Assembly: GCA_038848765.1 (NCBI GenBank)
Contig: JAWCNH010000001.1
Location: 1 to 26,927, forward strand
Length of the DNA: 26,927 nucleotides
DNA from: Candidatus Bathyarchaeia archaeon
GTDB taxonomy: Archaea > Thermoproteota > Bathyarchaeia > Bathyarchaeales > JAWCNH01
Reading direction: 5' to 3'
In this document: piece by piece, positions 1 through 7,518 of the stretch
How the letters are laid out: each line of letters starts with the position of its first letter
Position numbering within the stretch: position 1 is the stretch's first letter
Program-made: the position numbers and the translations under genes
The notes under the pieces: generated by a model
What the model was told of the DNA's origin: nothing
The model's database searches: none
What the model saw: the letters and a program-made list of their open reading frames with translations, nothing else

Positions 1-481
1 AGCCAGAAAGGAAAGTTAGAAACTTGCGCCAAAAAGGCTCCTTTTCAAAACCTTCAAAAAGCCTCCGCTTTGTTTTATGAGTCCAGAGAAGATTACGAAA
101 AATCATGTAGAAAACGCTTAAGGCAGCCAAAACAACAGAATTGCTGAAAACCGTCAAAGGGAAAACTGGAGAAGCCACGGTTGTGTATGGCGGAAAAGGC
201 AAAGCCAAAGCAATACACATAAACGCCTTAGCATCCGCTCCGCCGAAAGCACCCACATAGAAGAGGCAAACAGCCAACAAGGAAGTGAGTCCGAAAGAAA
301 CGGCATACCAAAGCAACGACTGCAAGTCAGGAAAAAGCTCCGTGAAAGTTAATGCGAAGGCTAGGGGTGCAAAAACCATCCAAACCCAGTTTTCAACTTC
401 CCGCTTCTTAAAATCACTCCAAGAAGCATAAACTAGGAAAATTAGGGAAAGGATTACGCGTGCGTTAGAGAGCGTTTCCAT
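1..481 (-). CDS. A24-family prepilin/prearchaellin peptidase (FlaK/PibD-like); 3' end runs off the window
   Basis: Not in the ORF track; translated by hand from ATG 481: METLSNARVILSLIFLVYASWSDFKKREVENWVW...FYVGAFGGADAKAFMCIALAFP. It has both catalytic Asp motifs (ASWSD and GGADAK) and several TM segments, stays open to position 1, and lies next to a pilin gene. Confidence 0.9.
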   Translation of the reverse strand, partial: METLSNARVILSLIFLVYASWSDFKKREVENWVWMVFAPLAFALTFTELFPDLQSLLWYAVSFGLTSLLAVCLFYVGAFGGADAKAFMCIALALPFPPYTTVASPVFPLTVFSNSVVLAALSVFYMIFRNLLWTHKTKRRLFEGFEKEPFWRKFLTFLSG

Positions 482-551
482 TGGCTATTTCACATCATGT
501 CAGCTTTTCTTTAGAACGAAGTGATTAAAAAGAGTTTTATGAGAAGCGTTT

Positions 552-1010
552 CTACGCTGGTGCTTGTGCAGTAAATTCCTTGGGTTGTCCGCTTTCCGGT
601 GCAACTTTGAAATGGTATGTCTTGCTATTTGTCCAGTTGGAAGCAAAGGCGTTTGGCCAGCTGAGCACTATGTTAAGCCTCTGGTTTACTGGGAGAGTTT
701 TTCCTGTGCCTAAGTTCGTGTTACTTGTGACGTCGATAAGGTTTGAGGCTGTTTCGCCAATGTATAAACGAACAATTTTCGCGTCGCTTGTTCCAGTGTT
801 TTTCACAACGATTGTTGTGTTCTTAGCCGTAGAATTCCAGCTTACGTTTTCCACGTCCAAAAGCACTCCGCCTGCGCTTGTTTGTGCGCCCATGTATGTC
901 ATTACCCAAGCATAGGTTATGATGATGGCTGCCACTGCGATAACAATTAACAACAAAGTAGCCAAAATAGGCGATATGCCCTCTTTAGACTTCAACTTTT
1001 CAAACAACAT
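552..1010 (-). CDS. Archaeal type IV pilin/archaellin-like protein with class III signal peptide
   Basis: MLFEKLKSKEG|ISPILATLLLIVIAVAAIIITYAW, followed by a beta-rich domain with NxS/T sequons. ATG 1010 is preferred over GTG 1022 because GAGGTG lies just upstream of it. Confidence 0.88.
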   Translation of the reverse strand: MLFEKLKSKEGISPILATLLLIVIAVAAIIITYAWVMTYMGAQTSAGGVLLDVENVSWNSTAKNTTIVVKNTGTSDAKIVRLYIGETASNLIDVTSNTNLGTGKTLPVNQRLNIVLSWPNAFASNWTNSKTYHFKVAPESGQPKEFTAQAPA

Positions 1011-1101
1011 GCTACACCTCACTTTTATACAGAATCGGAAGAATGCTTATTTAACACATATGAACCCAAAATCAATACCGAAAATAAACAATTCATGCAG
1101 G

Positions 1102-1689
1102 TTAGCTAAACTCGAAAGTAATTATGTAGAGAGTGTATATGGATGTATTGGGTATCTGAATTATCAAATATGCATGTAATAGAGAAAGGGCATTCTCCTC
1201 TTGCTGAAGGTTTTGAACACCTATGTAGAGGGTTAGGGAACCAGCTAATTCATAATAATCTCCTTGAGTTTGGGTTAGGATTCCACTATCTACTATTATC
1301 TGAGTCTTGGGCGTTATGCCGTCATGAATGACTATGCCAACGCTAAGCGTGTTATTGAGATTGGCCTCGAAAACTTCTAGTTTTACATTCCAGTTTTGGC
1401 TGACATTAATATTAACGATATTTAAAGTGTAATTATAAGTTGTAGAAGTGGGGCTTGCGTTTATGCTGATTTTTGCACTTGTGTTACTAGCATAAACATA
1501 GCTGACATTGTCTAAACCATTTTGAAGAACAACTTCAGGCGCCACGACTATGCTATAAGATTGCAACCTCATGCTATCCTGCACGAATCCGTACGCTATA
1601 GAGAGCGAATAGTTTGGTAGTAGAAAAAGAGTCAATGCTAACCAAGCGAAAACCCAATTTTCTTTGCAGTTAAATACGCTCTTTTTCAT
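1102..1689 (-). CDS. Secreted beta-rich hypothetical protein
   Basis: 195 aa ORF with an N-terminal hydrophobic signal (WVFAWLALTLFLLPNYSLSIAYG), many N-glycosylation sequons (NVS, NTS, NAS, NYT, NNT) and GAGG upstream of the ATG. Confidence 0.7.
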   Translation of the reverse strand: MKKSVFNCKENWVFAWLALTLFLLPNYSLSIAYGFVQDSMRLQSYSIVVAPEVVLQNGLDNVSYVYASNTSAKISINASPTSTTYNYTLNIVNINVSQNWNVKLEVFEANLNNTLSVGIVIHDGITPKTQIIVDSGILTQTQGDYYELAGSLTLYIGVQNLQQEENALSLLHAYLIIQIPNTSIYTLYIITFEFS

Positions 1690-1738
1690 GAATTAATTCC
1701 TCATAAAGGGGAAGTAAAAGAAAAAAGGGATTTTAAAG

Positions 1739-2281
1739 CTATGCTGGAACATCTAATCTTAAGCTAACTGTAACTGAGTGCGAAGTTGTGGCTGTAGATT
1801 TCCACGTGATTTCCCATTGGAATCTCCATGCATTTTGTCCGGGTATCTGAAGATTCTGTAAGTTACTTCCTTGGGAACCTCCACTCCATACTGTCAAAGT
1901 GTTTATGAGGGCGCTAGTGTTTAGGCTGTAAATTTTAACATATATTGAGTCCATTTGTTCTGTGGCGCCACTTACTCCGACAATTGTCAAATCAAATGTT
2001 ACGGCTGATGCCCCAGTATTTTTAAGTCGAACCGGGTCGCTGTAAGTTCTTGTTCCATTAGGAGGTCCTTTCAGATGTGCCATTGTGACAGTTGCTCCAT
2101 TAATTGTGGTTCCTGCATCCTCGCTATCCTCACCTGGTCGCCATTCAAGTGTCATTCCTTCGACGCCGATTGTTCCAGTCATATACATGTAGTTGTAAAC
2201 AGTGGCGCTTGCAACAGCTATCAACAGAGATGACAGCAGCAGTATTACAAATTTCATCGATTTCTTATAGTTTATTTTCAT
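1739..2281 (-). CDS. Secreted beta-rich hypothetical protein (possibly TasA/camelysin-like)
   Basis: Signal peptide MKINYKKSMKFVILLLSSLLIAVASA|TVYNYMYMTGTIGVE. The SD GGAGGTG fits ATG 2281 better than GTG 2293. The body is rich in T/G/S/V. The family assignment is inference. Confidence 0.7.
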   Translation of the reverse strand: MKINYKKSMKFVILLLSSLLIAVASATVYNYMYMTGTIGVEGMTLEWRPGEDSEDAGTTINGATVTMAHLKGPPNGTRTYSDPVRLKNTGASAVTFDLTIVGVSGATEQMDSIYVKIYSLNTSALINTLTVWSGGSQGSNLQNLQIPGQNAWRFQWEITWKSTATTSHSVTVSLRLDVPA

Positions 2282-2299
2282 TTTGTTTTTCACCTCCTT

Positions 2300-3013
2300 T
2301 TACGTGTGTTTTTCTTTCCAGAGTCTGAGGAGCACATAGATGCTTGCCCCCAGAACTATGACACAAGCCACCCCCAGCACAACAGCCAAAACAACAAAAC
2401 CACCAGACCCAATCACTGAAGCATCGCTCAAACTAGGCTTCAAAGACGCAAAAACACAAGCTACCGCCACAACCAAACCGCCGGGAATGGCAATATAATA
2501 CCACCTAGGCTTAAGGAACAAATAAACACCCAACCCAACCACAAAAGTGTCAAAGGCAACAACACCCAAAAACACAAATTCCATAGGAACAAACGGCACA
2601 ATAAAGAAAGAATGCGTGGCAACGCTCGAATAGCTAAACACAAAAAACGAAGAAGCCAGAAAAGCAGGAAAAGTAACTGTCAACAAAAAAGCCTTCGCCA
2701 GAACCCAAAGCCTCTTCACAAAACCAAGATAAACATTCACAGCCGCAACATTAAACAAAGCCACGCCAAGGTAAATAACGCTATACCAAAAACGCATGTA
2801 ACCGCCAAAAAACGAAAGAAACTCTCTGCTTACAAGCAAATGCCCAAAACCAGCCAAAGCAGCCACCTGATAAACGTAAGGAAGCGCCACAGGAAAATGC
2901 CTATCAAAAAGACAAGAAAGAAGGCTGATTACTAAAAAAATGTCAATACCTAAGAGTAGGAAAAACTCTGGCTGAATTGGCTGCGACACTTTCCTTACCA
3001 AGCGAAAGGTCAT
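2300..3013 (-). CDS. Polytopic membrane protein (about 7 TM), function unknown
   Basis: 237 aa with successive hydrophobic segments. Its stop lies 7 nt before the SD of the next gene. Confidence 0.75.
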   Translation of the reverse strand: MTFRLVRKVSQPIQPEFFLLLGIDIFLVISLLSCLFDRHFPVALPYVYQVAALAGFGHLLVSREFLSFFGGYMRFWYSVIYLGVALFNVAAVNVYLGFVKRLWVLAKAFLLTVTFPAFLASSFFVFSYSSVATHSFFIVPFVPMEFVFLGVVAFDTFVVGLGVYLFLKPRWYYIAIPGGLVVAVACVFASLKPSLSDASVIGSGGFVVLAVVLGVACVIVLGASIYVLLRLWKEKHT

Positions 3014-3038
3014 GCATCTGTTTATTTAAGACATATGA

Positions 3039-3053
3039 ATTCAGAATCTGAAT
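3039..3053. promoter_or_regulatory. 7-1-7 inverted repeat just upstream of a TATA-like box for the membrane-protein gene
   Basis: ATTCAGA-A-TCTGAAT. The minus strand reads TTAAATAAA at 3021-3029, and the ATG is at 3013. Confidence 0.35.
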
Positions 3054-3233
3054 CCGAATCACCACAGCCAACATATCACCACCAACGAGACCTTTTGACT
3101 GGTCAAAGAAAATTTTCCCCGTCTAATCAAATCAGCAGTAGACTTCTTGTCATTGTTGTTAAACAAAGAAAATCTCCTGATGTTGAACAAACCAGCAAGT
3201 TGGAGGTTCAGAGAGCGGATTTCTTCATTGATA

Positions 3234-3247
3234 AAAATTTAAATTTT
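3234..3247 (+). promoter_or_regulatory. Probable BRE/TATA promoter of the purE operon (leaderless)
   Basis: AAAATTTAAATTTT with TTTAAA about 24-29 nt before ATG 3267. No SD is visible. Confidence 0.55.
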
Positions 3248-3266
3248 CTCAAGCCAATTTACATGT

Positions 3267-3776
3267 ATGCCCAAGGAAAAAATTGTCGTTTTAATGGGTT
3301 CGGATAAAGACTTCGCCTTTGCCTCACGCATCGGCGTTTTTCTTCAAGAAGCTGGGTTTCCAGTTGAATGTGAATATGAAGTTGCCTCTGCGCATAAGAC
3401 TCCGAAAAGACTTTTAGACATTTTGCAAAGCCAAGAAAAAACTGGAGACAACATTGTGTTCATAACCGTGGCTGGATTGTCTGACGCGCTTTCAGGCATT
3501 GTCGCTGGCAACACTAGGTATCCAGTGATCGCTTGTCCCCCAGACTCGGAAAAATATGGATGGGCTAAGGTCTTCTCTTCCACAATGACGCCTAAAGGGG
3601 TTGCTGTCGCCTATGTTCCTGAGCCCGAAAATGCGGCTCTGATGGCTTTGAAGATTTTAGCTTTATCCAACCCAAAGCTTCAGGAGAAAATTGTCTTTTT
3701 TAGGCGGAAAATGGAAGAAAAAGTTTATGAAGCAGCGGAAAACTTGAAGACGAAAACTGAAAAGGGCTCTAAATGA
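3267..3776 (+). CDS. purE: AIR carboxylase PurE, class II-like
   Basis: Motifs VLMGSDKD, SAHKTP, TVAGLSDALSG and YPVIACPP. Overlaps purC by ATGA. Confidence 0.93.
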   Translation: MPKEKIVVLMGSDKDFAFASRIGVFLQEAGFPVECEYEVASAHKTPKRLLDILQSQEKTGDNIVFITVAGLSDALSGIVAGNTRYPVIACPPDSEKYGWAKVFSSTMTPKGVAVAYVPEPENAALMALKILALSNPKLQEKIVFFRRKMEEKVYEAAENLKTKTEKGSK

Positions 3777-4618
3777 CAAGTTTGGACGTTGTCTTGTCAA
3801 CAGAGTTGCCTCTCCCATTGTTTAAGCGTGGAAAAGTTAGAGACATATACGATTTAGGCGATAAACTACTCATTGTCTCCACGGACAGAATTTCCGCCTT
3901 CGACGTTATATTATCCGATGGCATACCATACAAAGGCGAAGCGCTAAACAGACTATCCGCCTACTGGTTTAACCAAACAAGACATATTGTTCCGAACCAC
4001 ATTCTAGACGTGGTGGACACAAGAACAGTTTTGGTCAGGAAAACTATCCCAATAAAAATCGAGTTTGTCGTAAGAGGATACCTGTACGGTTCAGCATGGG
4101 AAAACTACGCAAAAGGGAAACCCACCTGCGGAATCCAGCTCCCAAAAGGTTTGAAAAAGGCGGAAAAACTACCCACCCCAATCTTGTCGCCGACAACAAA
4201 GGCGGACGTGGGGCACGATGTAGAAATAAGCCAAAAAGAAGTTGTTAAACTGATTGGAAAAGACAAAGCGGAGCAAATAGGGGAAATCTGCCTAAAAATT
4301 TACCAAGAAGCCTCAAAGAAGGCAGAGGAAAACGGCATAATCATCGCAGACACAAAACTTGAATTCGGCTTCTACAAAGGCGAAATCCTCCTCATCGACG
4401 AATTATTTACCCCAGACTCATCAAGGTTCTGGCCTTTAGACAAATACGAAGTTGGAAAAGACCAGATTAGCTTCGACAAACAATACGTGAGAGACTATCT
4501 AACTTCCATCGGATGGAATAAGCAGCCTCCAGCGCCGAAATTGCCGCCCAAAGTTATTTTTGAAACGTCCAAAAAATATGTTGAAGCCTATGAAAGGCTG
4601 ACTGGCAGAAAATTCTGA
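3773..4618 (+). CDS. purC: SAICAR synthetase
   Basis: Motifs RGKVRDIY, TDRISAFD, EFVVRGYLYGS, IADTKLEFG, DELFTPDSSRFW and DKQYVRDYL. Confidence 0.97.
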   Translation: MTSLDVVLSTELPLPLFKRGKVRDIYDLGDKLLIVSTDRISAFDVILSDGIPYKGEALNRLSAYWFNQTRHIVPNHILDVVDTRTVLVRKTIPIKIEFVVRGYLYGSAWENYAKGKPTCGIQLPKGLKKAEKLPTPILSPTTKADVGHDVEISQKEVVKLIGKDKAEQIGEICLKIYQEASKKAEENGIIIADTKLEFGFYKGEILLIDELFTPDSSRFWPLDKYEVGKDQISFDKQYVRDYLTSIGWNKQPPAPKLPPKVIFETSKKYVEAYERLTGRKF

Positions 4619-4623
4619 CATGG

Positions 4624-4660
4624 GAAAGATTAAAATTCAATCTTTCACAAGCTAGTGTGA
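4624..4660. promoter_or_regulatory. Two adjacent inverted repeats in the purC-purP intergenic region
   Basis: GAAAGATT-N7-AATCTTTC (4624-4646) and TCACA-N6-TGTGA (4645-4660), followed by SD GAGGTGG and ATG 4670. Confidence 0.4.
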
Positions 4661-4669
4661 GGTGGTTTC

Positions 4670-6103
4670 ATGCCTATTGAAAGAGAAGAAATGCAGGAAA
4701 TCGTTAAAAAATATAGGGAGCCGATTGGGCTTAACTTAGGTTCACATTCAGCCCTTGATGCGTGGCAAGGTCAAAGGAATTATGGTTTAAGAAGTATAAT
4801 TTACGTGACGCCTCAGAGGGCGAGGATTTATCTTCAAAACCCGATGGTGGGTAAACCAGACGAAAGTGTGGAAGATTTACCCTTGCTTGTTAGAAGGGAT
4901 TTGAAAGTTGTGAACGATTTAAAAGACGTGAGGAAGAATGGCGACTGGCGCAGCATAATATTCATTGTAGAAAAGTATTCCCACATAGTGAAGTATGTTG
5001 ACCAGCTAATAGATTTGGAATGCTTGCAAATTCCCAACCGAGCCTTCGCAGTCTACGTCGGAGGCGACGAAAACTGCAGCGTAATCGAAAACGACTTTGC
5101 AGTTCCCATAGTTGGCTCAAGAAGGCTGTTGAAAATCGAGAATAGGGGCGAAATAGAAAAAGACTACTACTGGTTCGCGGAAAAGGCTGGTATCCCCTAT
5201 CCACAATCCTACCAGTTTGAAGTTTACGAAGAAGGCATAAAATTCAAAAACCCAATAGAAGAGCCGATCTTGCTGAAGGCAGAACATGCCCACAGAGAGT
5301 TCGAAAGGGAATTCATTTTTGCCGCTGACTCGCAAGACTTGGAAGAAAAAGTGAGACGTGAAGTAAAGGCTGGAAATCTGGATAGAAAAAGCTTGGAAAA
5401 TGCGAGGGTTGAGCAAATCGTTCTGGGGCCGCATGCCAATTTTAACTTCTTCTTTTCACCTCTAGACGCCAAAAAAGAGTGGGGCGACGTAGACGACTGG
5501 TATTCAAAACTTTACAATGTCAGCCTTGAAGAGGCAAGGACATGCCTAGCCAACCAGTTCTTATCCATAGATGAACGAAGAGAGACGATACTGGACGGTG
5601 TGAAACGTTTACCAGCGGATGTGCAAGAAAAAATTAAGAAGGTTCCATCCTTCGAGGTTACTGCGCATGTAGCCATGAGCTTAAGGGAATCCCTCTTAAA
5701 AGATATGCACCGATACGCTGACCGCTTTCTTCTAGCCACAAAACAATACGAACCACCTGGAATCATCGGCGCTTGGTGTCTCCAAACCTTAATCACGTGG
5801 GATAAAATATCAAAATATGAATTGAAGCCTACAGTGAAAGTTGACCTAACACTTGGCACAGAAGCAAAAACTGCGGTGGATTACGGCTTATACGATGTTC
5901 CTTCTGGAAGAGAACCTTACATGCATATTCCAGTAACGCAAGACGTCGCCCTGCGTCACGGAGGCGGAACAAACGTTCACATGGGCGTAGGCTCCCAATA
6001 CGCAAACGCAAAATACATGCGACCTATGAGCATGGGCGATAGGATAGCTCTAGAAATCCGAAGGGCATGGAAAGAAGGTTTGCTTTCAGAAATTGTCACA
6101 TAA
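4670..6103 (+). CDS. purP: PurP-family ATP-grasp protein (formate-phosphoribosylaminoimidazolecarboxamide ligase-like), divergent and enlarged
   Basis: Motifs GSHSALD, IPNRAF, SLRESLL, PPGIIGAWCLQ, GGGTN and SMGDRIALEI match the PurP (DUF1246/DUF1297) family. It is 477 aa against about 360 aa for MJ0136-type PurP. Confidence 0.85.
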   Translation: MPIEREEMQEIVKKYREPIGLNLGSHSALDAWQGQRNYGLRSIIYVTPQRARIYLQNPMVGKPDESVEDLPLLVRRDLKVVNDLKDVRKNGDWRSIIFIVEKYSHIVKYVDQLIDLECLQIPNRAFAVYVGGDENCSVIENDFAVPIVGSRRLLKIENRGEIEKDYYWFAEKAGIPYPQSYQFEVYEEGIKFKNPIEEPILLKAEHAHREFEREFIFAADSQDLEEKVRREVKAGNLDRKSLENARVEQIVLGPHANFNFFFSPLDAKKEWGDVDDWYSKLYNVSLEEARTCLANQFLSIDERRETILDGVKRLPADVQEKIKKVPSFEVTAHVAMSLRESLLKDMHRYADRFLLATKQYEPPGIIGAWCLQTLITWDKISKYELKPTVKVDLTLGTEAKTAVDYGLYDVPSGREPYMHIPVTQDVALRHGGGTNVHMGVGSQYANAKYMRPMSMGDRIALEIRRAWKEGLLSEIVT

Positions 6104-6115
6104 ACAGGTGAAAAA

Positions 6116-7198
6116 GTGCCGGAAAGCTTCACTTACGCCCAAGCAGGAGTAAACAGAAAATTAAGGGCAGAATCAAAAGCTGCGTTGAAAATTCTGAGGC
6201 AAACCTACAAGTTTAGTCGTTATGGGAGGGTTGTCCAACTTCCTTATGGCAACATTTTCCCAATTGGCGGAAACCGTTACCTAGACTTGGTCATTGAAGG
6301 CGTCGGTACAAAAGTTTTGTTGGCACAGTTGGCAAACAAATACGACACCATAGGAATAGACGCAGTAGCCTTGGCGGTGAACGATGTCATAAGGTCTGGC
6401 GCCAAGCCAATAGCAATCTCAGACAACATCCATGCACACGTTTCCGACCCTTACCTCGTAAAAGAATGGATGAAAGGCATTGTGAAAGCCGCTGAAGAAT
6501 CCGAATGTATCGTGCCAAGCGGAGAAATCGGCGACGTTGCTGAAATAATTCGGGGCTTAGTCGAAGGAAAAGGCTTTGACATGGTCATTGCATGTGTGGG
6601 CGAACTCTCACGCCGAAACATAATTTTTGGAAACAACATAAAACCAGACGATGTTGTGATTGGCTTTAGAAGTTCAGGGATTCACAGCAACGGCGTAACC
6701 TTAGCGAGAAAAATTCTGTTTAAACAGTGGGGCGGCAAATACAACCCCTTTGACGTCCCAGACGGATTCAACCGAGAACTGGTCTACGAAGTTTTAGAAC
6801 CCATGAAAATCTATGTAAAACCCTTTTTGAATCTGGCTAAAGAAGTGAAAATAAAAGGCGCAGTGCACATAACAGGCGACGCCTACCTCAAATTTGACAG
6901 GTTAATGAAGTTTTCTAAGGGAATAGGATTCGAATTCAACAATTTCAAGCCCCAACCGATTTTTGAACTAATCCAGAAAACGGCGAAAGAAATTCGCCGT
7001 CCAGTTACGGACGAGGAAATGTTGAAAACATTCAACATGGGCTGGGGCTTTGCGGTCATAATAGAAAAAGCAGAAGCAGAAAAAGCCATTGACACCCTAG
7101 AAAAAACCAAATGCCAAGCAGAAGAAATAGGATACGTGACGAATTCGCAGAGAATTGTTGCCTTATATAAAAACAGAAAAATTTTACTAAAGCAATAG
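6116..7198 (+). CDS. purM: AIR synthetase (phosphoribosylformylglycinamidine cyclo-ligase)
   Basis: Motifs TYAQAGV, EGVGTK, GIDAVALAVND, SSGIHSNG, HITG and TFNMGWG. GTG start with GGTGA upstream. Confidence 0.95.
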   Translation: MPESFTYAQAGVNRKLRAESKAALKILRQTYKFSRYGRVVQLPYGNIFPIGGNRYLDLVIEGVGTKVLLAQLANKYDTIGIDAVALAVNDVIRSGAKPIAISDNIHAHVSDPYLVKEWMKGIVKAAEESECIVPSGEIGDVAEIIRGLVEGKGFDMVIACVGELSRRNIIFGNNIKPDDVVIGFRSSGIHSNGVTLARKILFKQWGGKYNPFDVPDGFNRELVYEVLEPMKIYVKPFLNLAKEVKIKGAVHITGDAYLKFDRLMKFSKGIGFEFNNFKPQPIFELIQKTAKEIRRPVTDEEMLKTFNMGWGFAVIIEKAEAEKAIDTLEKTKCQAEEIGYVTNSQRIVALYKNRKILLKQ

Positions 7199-7231
7199 TT
7201 TTTAAACTATTGTTTAAATTTTTATGTAGAC

Positions 7232-7245
7232 AAAATTTAAATTTT
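7232..7245 (+). promoter_or_regulatory. Probable BRE/TATA promoter of purSLQ (leaderless)
   Basis: AAAATTTAAATTTT, identical to the purE element, about 25-30 nt before ATG 7267, in an AT-rich 68 bp gap. Confidence 0.55.
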
Positions 7246-7266
7246 TAACTGTTCAAGCATATAAAT

Positions 7267-7518
7267 ATGCGATACAAAGCCAAAATAGAAATAAGCCTTA
7301 AACCTGGGCATTCAGACCCAGAAGGACAGACTACTGCGCGTTCTTTACGGGAGCTTAACTATAAGGTTGTGGAAGTTGCCGTAAGTAAGGTCTACACTGT
7401 TGTTTTTGAGGCTAAGACAAGAAAAGAGGCTGAGAAGCATGTGGAAGAAATGTGCCGCCGATTGTTGGCGAACCCTACAAAGGACAATTTTCAATACGTG
7501 ATTGAGGAAATAAAATGA
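7267..7518 (+). CDS. purS: FGAM synthase subunit PurS
   Basis: 83 aa with LKPGHSDPEG and RLLANP. Overlaps purL by ATGA. Confidence 0.95.
   Translation: MRYKAKIEISLKPGHSDPEGQTTARSLRELNYKVVEVAVSKVYTVVFEAKTRKEAEKHVEEMCRRLLANPTKDNFQYVIEEIK

Noticed and set aside
2612-2935. Lys/Arg-rich 107-aa plus-strand ORF
   Set aside because: It is the antisense mirror of the T/G-rich hydrophobic membrane gene, and its composition is explained by that gene.
2943-3074. Minus-strand 43-aa ORF after an SD-like GGTGGTGAT (MLAVVIRIQ...)
   Set aside because: It overlaps the membrane gene out of frame and crosses its putative TATA box. It has no recognisable features and cannot be supported, although the SD match is notable.
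3035-3307. 90-aa plus-strand ORF (MNSESESES...)
   Set aside because: It runs through the purE promoter and start, has no recognisable motif or SD, and is likely spurious.
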